Shown here: piece after piece, positions 1 through 9,662 of the stretch
How the letters are laid out: the number at the start of each line of letters is the position of its first letter
How positions within the stretch are numbered: the stretch's first letter is position 1
DNA from: Klebsiella phage KMI8
Length of the DNA stretch: 52,821 bases
Sequence record: MN101222.1
Reading direction: 5' to 3' (one strand)
Notes under the pieces: generated by a model
Database searches by the model: none
What the model was told of the DNA's origin: nothing
The model's input: only the letters and a program-made list of their open reading frames with translations
Program-made: the position numbers and the translations under genes

Positions 1-522
1 ATGGCTAAACAACCGAAAGTAAACGGTTCCCACTTCGCCGGGAACTTCAAGGAATTGTACAATAAACAGTATGGCGATATCGTCTCCCGCACCAGGCAGT
101 ATACGCCGGAACAGGTCTTCGATCTGGCAGTTCGATATTTCCATTGGGCCGAACAAAACGCGATCACGGCGGCGGAGTCGGCGAGCTTCCAGGGTGAAGT
201 TGAGCAGACCGAAGTTTATAAGCCTCGCGTATTTACCATCAAGGGCTTGCGTCTGTTCTGTTCCTTCAGCGAAGCCGTGTTAATCAAGTGGCGGCGCGAA
301 GAGGGTTACGCTGAAGTGATGGAGTTCATCGACTCTGTGATCGATGAGCAGAAATTCCAGCTTGCGGCGAACGGCGTTATTAATGCTTCCTTCATTGGTA
401 AGGATTTGGGGATCGATAAGCCTGCTACTATCAACGTCGAAACCACGGCGGCGGCGACGGCGACAAACACAACTGAAATGATGATGAAAGATGCCGTGAA
501 CAGCATCCTTGATAATCTGTAA
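1..522 (+). CDS. terS: Terminase small subunit
   Basis: 173-aa ORF beginning at base 1, directly upstream of the large terminase; gene order and general resemblance to T1-like small terminases. Confidence 0.7.
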   Translation: MAKQPKVNGSHFAGNFKELYNKQYGDIVSRTRQYTPEQVFDLAVRYFHWAEQNAITAAESASFQGEVEQTEVYKPRVFTIKGLRLFCSFSEAVLIKWRREEGYAEVMEFIDSVIDEQKFQLAANGVINASFIGKDLGIDKPATINVETTAAATATNTTEMMMKDAVNSILDNL

Positions 523-531
523 GGGGGCCAT

Positions 532-2103
532 ATGCTTTTATGGGAAGACCTGAATAATGAGCAAAAGCTTGCGATAAAGGAGCTAAGTAAAACCAACTTC
601 GAAATGATGATTCGGATCTGGTTCCAGCTTATCCAGGCGCAGAAGTTCCAGCCGAATTGGCATCACCGCTACTTGTGCCATGAAGTCGAGGAAATCATTG
701 CGGGACGTCGCCGGGACACGATTTTTAACGTAACTCCCGGATCTGGTAAAACTGAGGTGTTTTCGATTCACCTCCCGGTTTACGCAATGATTAACCTTGC
801 GAAGATGCGTAACCTTAACGTCTCATTCGCCGACAGCCTCGTTAAGCGTAACAGCAAGCGAGTACGCGAGATTATCAGCAGCAAGGAGTTTCAAGAGCTA
901 TGGCCTTGCAAGTTCGCCACCAGTAAGGATGATGAAATTCAGGTGTTGAATGCCTTCGACAAGGTTTGGTTCGAACTGATATCGAAAGCGGCTGGAGGTC
1001 AGATCACTGGCTCGCGTGGTGGCTACATGACCGAAGGATTTAGCGGGATGGTCATGCTTGACGATATCGATAAGCCTGATGATATGTTTTCGAAGGTCAA
1101 GCGTGAAAAGGTGCATACGCTACTGAAGAACACAATCCGATCGCGACGCATGAAGGATGATACGCCGATAATCGCAATTCAGCAGCGGCTACACTCTCAG
1201 GATTCTACCTGGTTTATGATGAACGGTGGCATGGGGATTAAGTTCGACCAGATCTCGATCCCGGCCCTGGTAACAGAGGAATACGGGAAATCACTCCCTG
1301 ACTGGTTACAGCCGATCTTTGAGAAGGATGTTTTGTCGTCCGAGTTTGTCGAGATTGACGGCGTTAAGCATTATTCGTTTTGGCCCGCCAAGGAATCGGT
1401 TCACGATCTTATGGCTTTGCGCGAGGCTGATTACTACACGTTTCAATCTCAGTATCAGCAGGAGCCAATTACCCTGGGCGGCAACGTGTTTAATTCCGAC
1501 TGGTGGCGATACTACGGAAACGGGCCTGATGCAGATATGCCGCATCCTGAAAAGTTCGACTATCGGTTTATTACAGCAGATACCGCGCAGAAGACGGGAG
1601 AGTTAAACGACTTCAGCGTCATCATCGAATGGGGCAAGAAAGGGGATAACATTTTCTTTATCGACGGATTGCGCGGGAAGTGGGAAGCGCCAGATCTTGC
1701 TATTCAGTTTGAAGCCTTTACGAAGTCGGCATGGCGCAAGAATAAAGCGCTGGGCGTGCTTCGCAAGATTTACGTTGAAGATAAGGCATCTGGTACGGGC
1801 CTAATCCAGGACGTAGGGAAGAGGACGCCAGTAAGCATCACAGCATTGCAGCGAAACAAAGACAAGGTGACAAGGGCGATGGATGCTCAACCAGTAATCA
1901 AGGCTGGGCGCGTTTACCTACCTGAAGAACACGACATGTTAACCGAGTTCATTGCGGAGCATTCATCTTTCACGTATGATGATACGCACAAGCATGATGA
2001 CATTTGCGATAACACATTCGATGCAGTAACCGAAGAGTTGCTTATGTCTGACGACCCGATCGAGCGCATGAAGCGCCTGGCCGGACTATCTAAGCGGGGT
2101 TAA
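532..2103 (+). CDS. terL: Terminase large subunit
   Basis: 523 aa; Walker-A-like TPGSGKTE and VMLDDIDKP Walker B; C-terminal nuclease-like region (FITADTAQK..., DDICD); position. Confidence 0.93.
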   Translation: MLLWEDLNNEQKLAIKELSKTNFEMMIRIWFQLIQAQKFQPNWHHRYLCHEVEEIIAGRRRDTIFNVTPGSGKTEVFSIHLPVYAMINLAKMRNLNVSFADSLVKRNSKRVREIISSKEFQELWPCKFATSKDDEIQVLNAFDKVWFELISKAAGGQITGSRGGYMTEGFSGMVMLDDIDKPDDMFSKVKREKVHTLLKNTIRSRRMKDDTPIIAIQQRLHSQDSTWFMMNGGMGIKFDQISIPALVTEEYGKSLPDWLQPIFEKDVLSSEFVEIDGVKHYSFWPAKESVHDLMALREADYYTFQSQYQQEPITLGGNVFNSDWWRYYGNGPDADMPHPEKFDYRFITADTAQKTGELNDFSVIIEWGKKGDNIFFIDGLRGKWEAPDLAIQFEAFTKSAWRKNKALGVLRKIYVEDKASGTGLIQDVGKRTPVSITALQRNKDKVTRAMDAQPVIKAGRVYLPEEHDMLTEFIAEHSSFTYDDTHKHDDICDNTFDAVTEELLMSDDPIERMKRLAGLSKRG

Positions 2104-2129
2104 CCCCGCTTTACCCATTGGAGTTTACT

Positions 2130-3422
2130 ATGTCAAAAATTGTGAAAATAAAGAATGACGGATACAACGACACCTTCAACCGCGATTGCGGGGCCGAAAT
2201 ATCATCGCAGACGATGGGGGCCGCGATTAGCTCAACCGTTCAGGGAACCATCGTAGGGTTTTATTACGAAGATGCTATGGCCCGCCGAATCGTTGACGTG
2301 ATCCCGGAAGAAATGGTTGCACCTGGCTTTACCCTTAACGGCGTGAAGGATGATGTTGCTTTCCAGTCCCTATGGGATAGCACGAAGGCGGAAGAGCTAA
2401 TTACCGACGCTCTTTGTTGGTCGCGGTTGTTCGGCGGTTCCGGCATCATGGCGTTGATTAACGATGGTCGCACGCTTCGATCGCCCGCCGATCCCAAGGG
2501 TAATACCCTTGAATCTCTTCGCGTTTACGATCGCCACCAGATTACGATCGAAAGCTACGAAGTCAACCCGCGCAACCCTCGCTTTGGTCTTCCTAAGACC
2601 TATCGAATCAAGCCGGGTAACTCGCTAAAGGAATTCGTTGTTCATCATACGCGAATCCATATCATTGACGGCGAGCGAATCCCTAACGCAGTTCGAGATG
2701 AAAATAAAGGCTGGGGCGTAACCGTCCTCAACCCTAAGCTGGTTCACGCGATCCAAGATTACAATAAGTGCGAAGACCTGGCGACTCAGTTACTACGCCG
2801 CAAGCAACAAGCGGTATGGAAGGCCAAAGGGCTTGCCGATTTGTGCGACGACAACGAGGGCATGTACGCCGCCAGGTTGCGAATCGCGCAGGTTGATGAT
2901 AACTCAGGCGTAGGGAACACGATCGGGATTGACGCCGATTTCGAAGACTACGATGTTATGAATTCGGACATTACAGGCATTGCGGAGTTTCTAAACCAGA
3001 AGATTGACCGCATAGTTTCTTACTCCGGGATTCATGAAATCATCCTGAAGAACAAGAACACGGGCGGGGTTAGCTCAAGCCAGAACACGGCATTGCAGAC
3101 CTTCTACAAGCTGATTGACCGAAAGCGCAACGAAGACTATAAGCCGATCCTGGAATTCCTGCTTCCCTTCATGCTGAATGAGGAAGAATGGAGCGTTGAG
3201 TTTGAGCCGTTATCGATCCCGTCCGATAAAGAGAAGTCCGAGATCATGAAATCGAACGCCGAAGCCGTTGGCTCGCTGGTTGATAAGCAGATCATCGACG
3301 ACGAAGAAGCGCGCGATACCCTCGAAGCGTTAAACATCGGCTTGAAGTTGAAGGTTGGCGGCGCTAAACTCCCGAAACGGAAAGAGGTAAAAGAAGAGGT
3401 GAATAATGAAGATAAGCGCTAG
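2130..3422 (+). CDS. Portal protein, DUF1073-like
   Basis: ORF 2118..3422 with GGAG Shine-Dalgarno before the internal ATG at 2130; typical portal sequence after TerL. Confidence 0.88.
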   Translation: MSKIVKIKNDGYNDTFNRDCGAEISSQTMGAAISSTVQGTIVGFYYEDAMARRIVDVIPEEMVAPGFTLNGVKDDVAFQSLWDSTKAEELITDALCWSRLFGGSGIMALINDGRTLRSPADPKGNTLESLRVYDRHQITIESYEVNPRNPRFGLPKTYRIKPGNSLKEFVVHHTRIHIIDGERIPNAVRDENKGWGVTVLNPKLVHAIQDYNKCEDLATQLLRRKQQAVWKAKGLADLCDDNEGMYAARLRIAQVDDNSGVGNTIGIDADFEDYDVMNSDITGIAEFLNQKIDRIVSYSGIHEIILKNKNTGGVSSSQNTALQTFYKLIDRKRNEDYKPILEFLLPFMLNEEEWSVEFEPLSIPSDKEKSEIMKSNAEAVGSLVDKQIIDDEEARDTLEALNIGLKLKVGGAKLPKRKEVKEEVNNEDKR

Positions 3423-4176
3423 AATCCCTAACTGGCGCTATCCTGAAGCGAGCGAGCGGGCTTTGTCCCGCCGCTTGCAAGAGGCAACCCGCGATCTTGT
3501 TGTTGAGATGCGGGATCGCCTGGATAGCCTGAAGTTCGACGCCACAAACGAAGAGATAGAAGAGGCTGAAGCTGATATTGAAGAGCGGGCCTTCGAAATC
3601 TTCATGGCGGTTATTGCTGGGCTGGCGGCGGTAGGATTGACCGTGTATCGCTTCAACTCGCAGCAGTGGTTAGCTATAGCCCTGGCGGCTGGTGGCAAGG
3701 ATAACCCGGCTATAATGACTCTGAAGCAAAACGGGACTATCGGCGCGGAGCCGTGGTATAACGAAAAGCTAGAGCAGTGGCAAGGGCTGGCAACAACCAG
3801 TGTTAGAAAGTTAGCTAACGATATCGTCTCTGACTGGTCAATCAAGGTTAAGACCGCGAACGCAAAAGGCGCAAGCCGGGAAGAGATCGATAGCATCATT
3901 GATGAACGATATGCCATTTATGGAAGCTGGTCAAAGAACCGCGCTTCGGGTATAATCGGGACGTTTAGCAGTATGCTAATGATGCAGCGGCTTGTTGATT
4001 CTGGTGTCTCCCATTATTTCTGGTTTGGAATGATGGACGATCGCGAGCGCGAGTCGCATATTAAACTTGAGGGAGCGCGCCGCCCTGTAAATGGTAATGG
4101 TATCTTCCCTGGCGAAGAGTACGGTTGCAGGTGCTGGGCTGTTCCAGACTTCAAAAACATAGAGGTAAGGCAATGA
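3406..4176 (+). CDS. Phage head morphogenesis (MuF/SPP1 gp7-like) minor head protein
   Basis: C-terminal MuF signature DDRERESHIKLEG...PGEEYGCRCWAVP; overlaps portal end. Confidence 0.88.
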   Translation: MKISARIPNWRYPEASERALSRRLQEATRDLVVEMRDRLDSLKFDATNEEIEEAEADIEERAFEIFMAVIAGLAAVGLTVYRFNSQQWLAIALAAGGKDNPAIMTLKQNGTIGAEPWYNEKLEQWQGLATTSVRKLANDIVSDWSIKVKTANAKGASREEIDSIIDERYAIYGSWSKNRASGIIGTFSSMLMMQRLVDSGVSHYFWFGMMDDRERESHIKLEGARRPVNGNGIFPGEEYGCRCWAVPDFKNIEVRQ

Positions 4177-5306
4177 AAAGAGTCCAAAGGTTCGACGTTG
4201 CGCGGGTTAAGGCCCGCTTCGATGAGAATGGTTTTCTGGTAGATACCCCGATTGTGGCGCGAATTGGCGCACAGACCTACCAGACGCCGAAGGGGCCGCG
4301 CGTAGAATTCCGTCCAGCTTCCGAAGTATTCGACCCGGAATCGCTTGAATCGTATCGCGGCAAGCCGATCACGTTAGGTCACACGATGGTAAACGCGAAG
4401 AACGCTAAAAACCTGGTTGTTGGTTCATGTGCTGGTTCCGGTAAGCGGGATCATGACGGCGTAGGCGTCCTGGCTCCGGTCACGGTATACGATGAGCATT
4501 CGATCAGCCAGGCTAAGAAGAAAATCGCGGCTGAATTATCCGTTGGCTATAGCTCAATTGATATCGATCGCAAGGGCTGGGGCAATAACGTAACTGGTGA
4601 ATATTACTTCGATGAAGACCTGCCGGAAAACTTCGACACACTGAAGAATGACGCGGCGGAAGATTGGGTTCGATTCGACGCGGTTCAAACTTGCATCCGG
4701 GTAAACCATATTGCGCTTGTATTTAGGGGCCGCGCAGGTATCGCAAAATTAAACCTTGACAGTGAACAAGAGTTTCCGTACTCTAACCACGTCAACCACA
4801 AAGAGGAAAAGACTATGATTATCAAACTGGATGGTGTTGAAGTTGAAGTTTCCGACGCAGTAGGCGCGCATATCGCCAAGCTGGATACTCAAATCTCCAC
4901 CGAAAAAGCAGCGCATACCACGGCGATCGCAACCCTTACCGCAGAGCGTGACCAGCTTCAGGTTAAGGTTGACGGCATCCCGGCAGCAATCGAAGCCGCT
5001 GTTACAGCAGCGAAAGAAGATGCAAAAGCGCTCTCCGATCTTGTCGCTATTGTTGGCGGCGCTGGCATTAAGACCGATGGCCTTAGCGCTAAAGAGCTAA
5101 AGATCGCCTACGTTAAAGAAGTTGCTAAAATGGACGTCTCTGATAAAGACGATGTTTATATTAACGCATCATTTGACGTTGCACAAAAGTCTGATACTAT
5201 GGCACAGCAGCGCATTGAAGCCGCTGGCGGCGTACCGGGTGAAGGCGGCAAGGCGAAAGAAGATACCGCAGAAGTACCCGATCCGCAAGCGCGTTTTCGC
5301 AAGTAA
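4173..5306 (+). CDS. DUF2213-like head protein (possible protease/scaffold)
   Basis: ATGA overlap with the MuF gene; FDARVKARFDENGFLVDTPIVARIGAQTYQTP motif typical of DUF2213; Ala/Lys-rich scaffold-like C-terminus. Confidence 0.8.
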   Translation: MKRVQRFDVARVKARFDENGFLVDTPIVARIGAQTYQTPKGPRVEFRPASEVFDPESLESYRGKPITLGHTMVNAKNAKNLVVGSCAGSGKRDHDGVGVLAPVTVYDEHSISQAKKKIAAELSVGYSSIDIDRKGWGNNVTGEYYFDEDLPENFDTLKNDAAEDWVRFDAVQTCIRVNHIALVFRGRAGIAKLNLDSEQEFPYSNHVNHKEEKTMIIKLDGVEVEVSDAVGAHIAKLDTQISTEKAAHTTAIATLTAERDQLQVKVDGIPAAIEAAVTAAKEDAKALSDLVAIVGGAGIKTDGLSAKELKIAYVKEVAKMDVSDKDDVYINASFDVAQKSDTMAQQRIEAAGGVPGEGGKAKEDTAEVPDPQARFRK

Positions 5307-5315
5307 GTAAATATC

Positions 5316-5331
5316 GCGCCCTTCGGGGCGC
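5316..5331. terminator. GCGCCC-TTCG-GGGCGC hairpin after the DUF2213 gene
   Basis: perfect 6-bp stem, TTCG loop, no strong U tract. Confidence 0.4.
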
Positions 5332-5361
5332 TAATCAAAATCTGAAGAAGGAAATAAAATT

Positions 5362-5871
5362 ATGTCTCTCATTCGTGCATCCTATACCGTACATCGCGGC
5401 CAGGCCTACGCGGGCCAAATTGCCGACACCTCTTTATACAACATCGACGGCGCTTGCGTTGCATCCGCGAAGTTTGCGATCGGCAAGCTTGTTTGCGTCG
5501 ATCAGGTTCAAGCGGTCGAAGGCCATAAGGTTGTTTCAGTAGCTAAAGATGCTACCAAGCCGATTTTAGGCGTCGCGGTAATGTCTCACGCTTACTCGCC
5601 AACTGGCGAATATGAGGAAGGCGTTGCAGTTAACGTAATGACTCACGGTCGAGTTTGGGCGCTGGTAAAAGCCGATGGCTTCACTGACGCGGATGCTGGT
5701 TTTGATAATGCTGTATCATTCAACGCTGAAGGCGTTATTGATAAGGCTGGCACCATCAAGACCGGGTATACGTTCACTGGTGAAGTTCTTCCGACAACTG
5801 ACGCGAAATATAAAATCGCGAAAATTCAGCTAATCCAATCAGCCAAAGCGCCTGCCGCTTCCGGCGGTTAA
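5362..5871 (+). CDS. Capsid cement/decoration protein (gp24-like)
   Basis: 169 aa between DUF2213 and capsid; AYxGQ..D repeats of hydrophobic beta-type sequence. Confidence 0.7.
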   Translation: MSLIRASYTVHRGQAYAGQIADTSLYNIDGACVASAKFAIGKLVCVDQVQAVEGHKVVSVAKDATKPILGVAVMSHAYSPTGEYEEGVAVNVMTHGRVWALVKADGFTDADAGFDNAVSFNAEGVIDKAGTIKTGYTFTGEVLPTTDAKYKIAKIQLIQSAKAPAASGG

Positions 5872-5915
5872 TTGTGATGGTGGAATTAATTTTCCACCAT
5901 ATCACATAAAAGCTT

Positions 5916-5946
5916 TTGACCGATTAACAAAAAGTGCTATTATAAA
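5916..5946 (+). promoter_or_regulatory. Probable capsid promoter containing an operator-like palindrome in its spacer
   Basis: TTGACC (5916-5921), N19, TATAAA (5941-5946); TAACAAAAAGTGCTA at 5925-5939 is the reverse complement of the dispersed motif. Confidence 0.5.
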
Positions 5947-5992
5947 GCCGTGTTCAAGCAATACGGCTTATTAAATCCAAAAGGAAAATAAC

Positions 5993-6937
5993 ATGACTAT
6001 GAAACTCGACGCATTCGAACAGAATCACATTACCCAATGCATGCAGCAGATGGGCGTATCGGCGGAGAAAGCCGATCAGATGGGTATCTGGACTGTTCAG
6101 CAGTTAAAGCAAACTCTGAAACGCCAGTATGAAGCGATGTACCCGGAAACCTCCGCGCTTAAGCTTTTCCCGGTAACTACCGAACTGGCACCGACCACTA
6201 ACGTTTTCGAATACATGACCTTTGACGGCGTGGCGATGGCAAAAATTATCGCCGACTATACCGACGACCTGCCGACCGTTGAGGCAATGTCTGGCACTGA
6301 AACTGGCAAAGTACACCGCTTCGGTAACGCCTGGCTGATCTCCATTGACGAAATCAAAACTGGTGCGGCGATGGGTAACAGCCTGAGCGACCGCAAAGCA
6401 ACGCTGGCGCGTGAAGCGCATGAAACACTGCTGAATAAGCTGGTGTTTAAAGGCTCCAAGCCGCATAAGATCGTTTCCATCTTCGACCATCCGAACATCA
6501 CTAAGCTGACCTCTAAAGGTTGGACTACTGACCCGGAAGTCGCAGAGGATGAGATGATGGACTTGATCGAGAAGATCGAAACCATCACCAACGGCCTGCA
6601 CAAAGTTACCAACATTGTGATCCCGCCGTCTAAGCGTCGCCTGCTGGCTAAACGTATGCCGGAAACAACCATGACTTACCTGGACTGGTTCAAGACTCAG
6701 AATAACGGCATTACCTTTGAGTCTATCGCGGAACTGGAAGACGTGGACGGCGCAGGCACCAAAGCGGTTCTGGCGTATGAAAAATCGCCAATGAACATGA
6801 GCATCGAGATCCCGGAAGTGTTTAACATGCTCCCGATGCAGCCGAAAGATTTGCATTTCAAAGTGCCTTGCACCTCGAAAGCAACTGGCCTCATTGTTTA
6901 TCGACCGCTCACTATTGCAATGCTGGTCGGCGTGTAA
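5993..6937 (+). CDS. Major capsid protein, DUF2184/encapsulin-like
   Basis: 314 aa; FEYMTFDGVAMAKIIADYTDDLP..., C-terminal YRPLTIAMLVGV; its own intergenic promoter region. Confidence 0.88.
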   Translation: MTMKLDAFEQNHITQCMQQMGVSAEKADQMGIWTVQQLKQTLKRQYEAMYPETSALKLFPVTTELAPTTNVFEYMTFDGVAMAKIIADYTDDLPTVEAMSGTETGKVHRFGNAWLISIDEIKTGAAMGNSLSDRKATLAREAHETLLNKLVFKGSKPHKIVSIFDHPNITKLTSKGWTTDPEVAEDEMMDLIEKIETITNGLHKVTNIVIPPSKRRLLAKRMPETTMTYLDWFKTQNNGITFESIAELEDVDGAGTKAVLAYEKSPMNMSIEIPEVFNMLPMQPKDLHFKVPCTSKATGLIVYRPLTIAMLVGV

Positions 6938-7000
6938 TAAACTACAGGCACTTACTTAGTAAGTGCCTTATTTCTTAACCAATTTCAAGGAGCCTTCAAA

Positions 7001-7264
7001 ATGGCTAAACCAACCGCAATTATTCTCGTTAACATCGGCCTTTGCGTAATTCGTATCAACAAAGAAGACTACGCGCCGGAAGCTGAATTTGAAGTTCAGC
7101 CGGATTTTCTGGAGTCGCAAGCAGCGAAGAATCTATTCGTTAGCCGACAGGTTGAATTCCTGGACGACAGCAAACGCACGAAGGCTTTTATCGCTGCAAT
7201 CAAGCAGAAGAAAGTAAAAGAGCTAACCAAAGAACAGCTTGAAGACGGCGGCGAAATCAAATAA
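7001..7264 (+). CDS. Hypothetical protein in head-tail region
   Basis: 87-aa ORF with AAGGAG upstream, conserved position. Confidence 0.6.
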   Translation: MAKPTAIILVNIGLCVIRINKEDYAPEAEFEVQPDFLESQAAKNLFVSRQVEFLDDSKRTKAFIAAIKQKKVKELTKEQLEDGGEIK

Positions 7265-7268
7265 CATT

Positions 7269-7297
7269 AAGGGACTCTTTTTAGAGTCCCTTTTTTA
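7269..7297 (+). terminator. Rho-independent terminator
   Basis: AAGGGACTC-TTTTTA-GAGTCCC-TTTTTT. Confidence 0.85.
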
Positions 7298-7315
7298 TTA
7301 CCTGGAGATTGAGAT

Positions 7316-7729
7316 ATGAATCAAGAAGAAGAGTTTGAAAAAGCGTATCAGTTTATGATCGCGCTAGTCCCGGCTCTCAAGCGGGTAGACAAAGATCAGA
7401 TTATGGCCTTCGTTCTGCTGGCTAGCGACTTCGTTTGCACCTCTAAGTTTGGCGATCGTTATCACCGCGCGCTTGCCTTGTACACTTTACATTCAATGTT
7501 TCTTGATGGAGCGCTGAAAGAGGAAAGCGAAGGCATAGAAGAGTATTCGCGGCGCATTGCGTCATTTACTCTGACTGGTGAATTTAGCCAAACGTTCGCG
7601 GCGGTATCAGAGAGCGCTGGCAACACGATAACCTCCACGCCGTGGGGCAAGCAGTACAGGACGTTGCTGATGAAGTGCGGCGGCGGGTTCGGTTTAATTG
7701 CTGGTCTGCGTCCGAGGTGTCAACGATGA
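7316..7729 (+). CDS. Head-tail connector, DUF4054-like
   Basis: ALYTLHSMFLDGAL...EYSRRIASFTLTGEFSQTFA...STPWGKQYRTLLMKCGGG. Confidence 0.75.
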   Translation: MNQEEEFEKAYQFMIALVPALKRVDKDQIMAFVLLASDFVCTSKFGDRYHRALALYTLHSMFLDGALKEESEGIEEYSRRIASFTLTGEFSQTFAAVSESAGNTITSTPWGKQYRTLLMKCGGGFGLIAGLRPRCQR

Positions 7730-8100
7730 ACTACGCCAAAATACAACGCATGGCAACGAAAGGAATAAACTTCTTCAGCGATGAAGATGGTGTTTTCGTT
7801 CTTATCGTTTCCAATGGTGGCGATGCTGAATTCATAGACGGCAAGATCGTTAAGAAGCCAGAAGTTCGCGCCAGCATTAAAGGGGCCGTTCGCGACGTCA
7901 AAGATCGTGACATAAACGGCGATACCATCCTTGCGGGTGATAAGCGCGGCTTCTTTACTCATGATGTGCCAATAGAGCAGGGCATGACCGTTATAGTCGA
8001 TGGTGAGCATTATCGCGTGGTCAACGCTAGACCAGTCAAGCCAACTAACACGGTTGTTGCTTATCGCCCTATACTTCGGAGGGTTGCGGTAATTGGCTAA
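7726..8100 (+). CDS. Head-closure/neck protein
   Basis: ATGA overlap with previous gene; 124 aa from internal ATG of ORF 7642..8100; position. Confidence 0.65.
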   Translation: MNYAKIQRMATKGINFFSDEDGVFVLIVSNGGDAEFIDGKIVKKPEVRASIKGAVRDVKDRDINGDTILAGDKRGFFTHDVPIEQGMTVIVDGEHYRVVNARPVKPTNTVVAYRPILRRVAVIG

Positions 8101-8530
8101 CTACACGATAAGAGAGTTTCACAATAACATTGATGCGTGGATTGATGCGGCTGGGGAGGGGTTAGAGGACGTTGTAAGGTTCACGGCTGAAGATATCCTT
8201 AAGGATTTGGTTGGCGGCTCTCCGGTCGATACAGGGCGCTTTAAGGGCAACTGGCAAATCACTTTTAATCAGGCTCCATTATACGCGCTCAATCGTTATG
8301 ACAAAGAGGGGGTGAGAACCATCGCAGCGGGCAACGCTGAAATAGCTAAGTTCGGTAAGGGTGTTGGCATAACAACGATATGGTTTAGTAACATGTTGAT
8401 TTATGCCAACGCGCTCGAATATGGACACTCACAACAGGCACCAAATGGCGTAATGGGGATCGTATCTCTCCGGCTGGGGATGTACGTAACCGAAGCAATA
8501 AGAAAAGCGAGGGCGCAAAATGCATTATGA
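8093..8530 (+). CDS. HK97 gp10-like neck/tail completion protein
   Basis: GGSPVDTGRFKGNW...NALEYGHSQQAPNGVM motifs. Confidence 0.8.
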   Translation: MANYTIREFHNNIDAWIDAAGEGLEDVVRFTAEDILKDLVGGSPVDTGRFKGNWQITFNQAPLYALNRYDKEGVRTIAAGNAEIAKFGKGVGITTIWFSNMLIYANALEYGHSQQAPNGVMGIVSLRLGMYVTEAIRKARAQNAL

Positions 8531-8912
8531 ATTAGAGGTTGAGGCGCGGGATTTTATTTACGCGGCGTTTAAAGAATACCCGATCGCAATCGACAACGTG
8601 AACTTCAAGCCTCCCGCCGATGGTTCTATGTGGTTGCGTTTCCGATACCTTCCGGCAATGTCGGAGCCTGTATCGCTCGATCGGCAATGCATGGTTTACG
8701 TTGGAATGGTTCAGGTCGATGTTGTGTTTAGGCCTGGGGCTGGCAATGATGATGCAAATAAATTGGCTGGTGATATAGCAAAGGCGGCAAAAGATGGTAT
8801 AATGCTTCCGAACTGCTACATTTCTGAATGTGGCAAAGTACATCCAGTACAGAAGAGCGAAACAGGCTGGTTTGTTCCGGTACGCTTCGCAGTGAGAAAA
8901 GAAACCAAATAG
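8520..8912 (+). CDS. Tail terminator-like protein (DUF4128-like)
   Basis: 130 aa, typical pattern ..MWLRFRYLP..., position before major tail protein. Confidence 0.7.
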   Translation: MHYELEVEARDFIYAAFKEYPIAIDNVNFKPPADGSMWLRFRYLPAMSEPVSLDRQCMVYVGMVQVDVVFRPGAGNDDANKLAGDIAKAAKDGIMLPNCYISECGKVHPVQKSETGWFVPVRFAVRKETK

Positions 8913-8923
8913 AGGATCACATT

Positions 8924-9583
8924 ATGCACTTACCTAACGGCGCAAAAGTATTCGTAGAAAGCAAGCGTGACACCGCGATCGCATTTACCAAAATGACCAA
9001 CGACGCAAAAAACCCGGTTGTAACCGTCGCAGATGCCAGCAAGATCGCAGCGAAGGATATCTTCATCATCACCGCTTCGGCCTGGTCTGGTGTGGAAAAC
9101 AAAGTTGTTCGTATCAAGTCCGTTGACACTACGGCTAAAACGGCAACACTGGAGGAACTGGATACTTCAGATCTTAACCTGTTCCCGGCTGGCGGCGCTG
9201 GCTCATTCGCTAAGATCTCCGGCTGGTCTGAGATCCCTTGCGTGCAAGACCTGGCCAAAGAAGGCGGCGAACAGCAATATTACACTTATCAATGCCTTGC
9301 CGACGAAGAAGAGCAGAGCGAACCGACCTATAAGAGTGCAACCACGCTTACTTATAACTTCGCTCACGACTTCACCAACCCGATCTATGCAACCCTCCGG
9401 GCGGCGGATAAGGCCAAAGAAGCGAAGGCATTTTACATGTACGTTCCGCGAGCTAAAGAAAATCGCTATTGGTCTGGCGTACCGTCTTTTGACGATATCC
9501 CGTCTACTGCGGTGAACGAAATGGAAACCGTCCTGCTTTCCATCGCGCTTAAAGGCCGTCACGTGTTCTTGCCTTCGGCATAA
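8924..9583 (+). CDS. Major tail protein
   Basis: internal ATG with AGAGGA upstream; 219 aa before terminator and chaperone genes. Confidence 0.75.
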   Translation: MHLPNGAKVFVESKRDTAIAFTKMTNDAKNPVVTVADASKIAAKDIFIITASAWSGVENKVVRIKSVDTTAKTATLEELDTSDLNLFPAGGAGSFAKISGWSEIPCVQDLAKEGGEQQYYTYQCLADEEEQSEPTYKSATTLTYNFAHDFTNPIYATLRAADKAKEAKAFYMYVPRAKENRYWSGVPSFDDIPSTAVNEMETVLLSIALKGRHVFLPSA

Positions 9584-9590
9584 TAAATTT

Positions 9591-9619
9591 AAGGGGGCGC
9601 TTGCGCTCCCTTTTCTTTT
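9591..9619 (+). terminator. Terminator after major tail gene
   Basis: AAGGGGGCGCTTGCGCTCCCTTTTCTTTT hairpin plus T-rich tract. Confidence 0.7.
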
Positions 9620-9622
9620 GTG

Positions 9623-9628
9623 TATAAT
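9623..9628 (+). promoter_or_regulatory. -10 hexamer TATAAT immediately after terminator tract
   Basis: TTTTGTGTATAAT; perfect -10 without an obvious -35. Confidence 0.4.
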
Positions 9629-9662
9629 CACCATAAATTCACTAAACAAAGAGGTTCTACAA

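Noticed and set aside
3438-3917. 159-aa antisense ORF in the MuF gene
   Set aside because: Fully embedded in a well-supported gene, no independent evidence.
6104-6856. 250-aa ORF antisense to the capsid gene
   Set aside because: Entirely overlaps a clearly real capsid gene, low-complexity composition expected from antisense of biased codons, no ribosome site.
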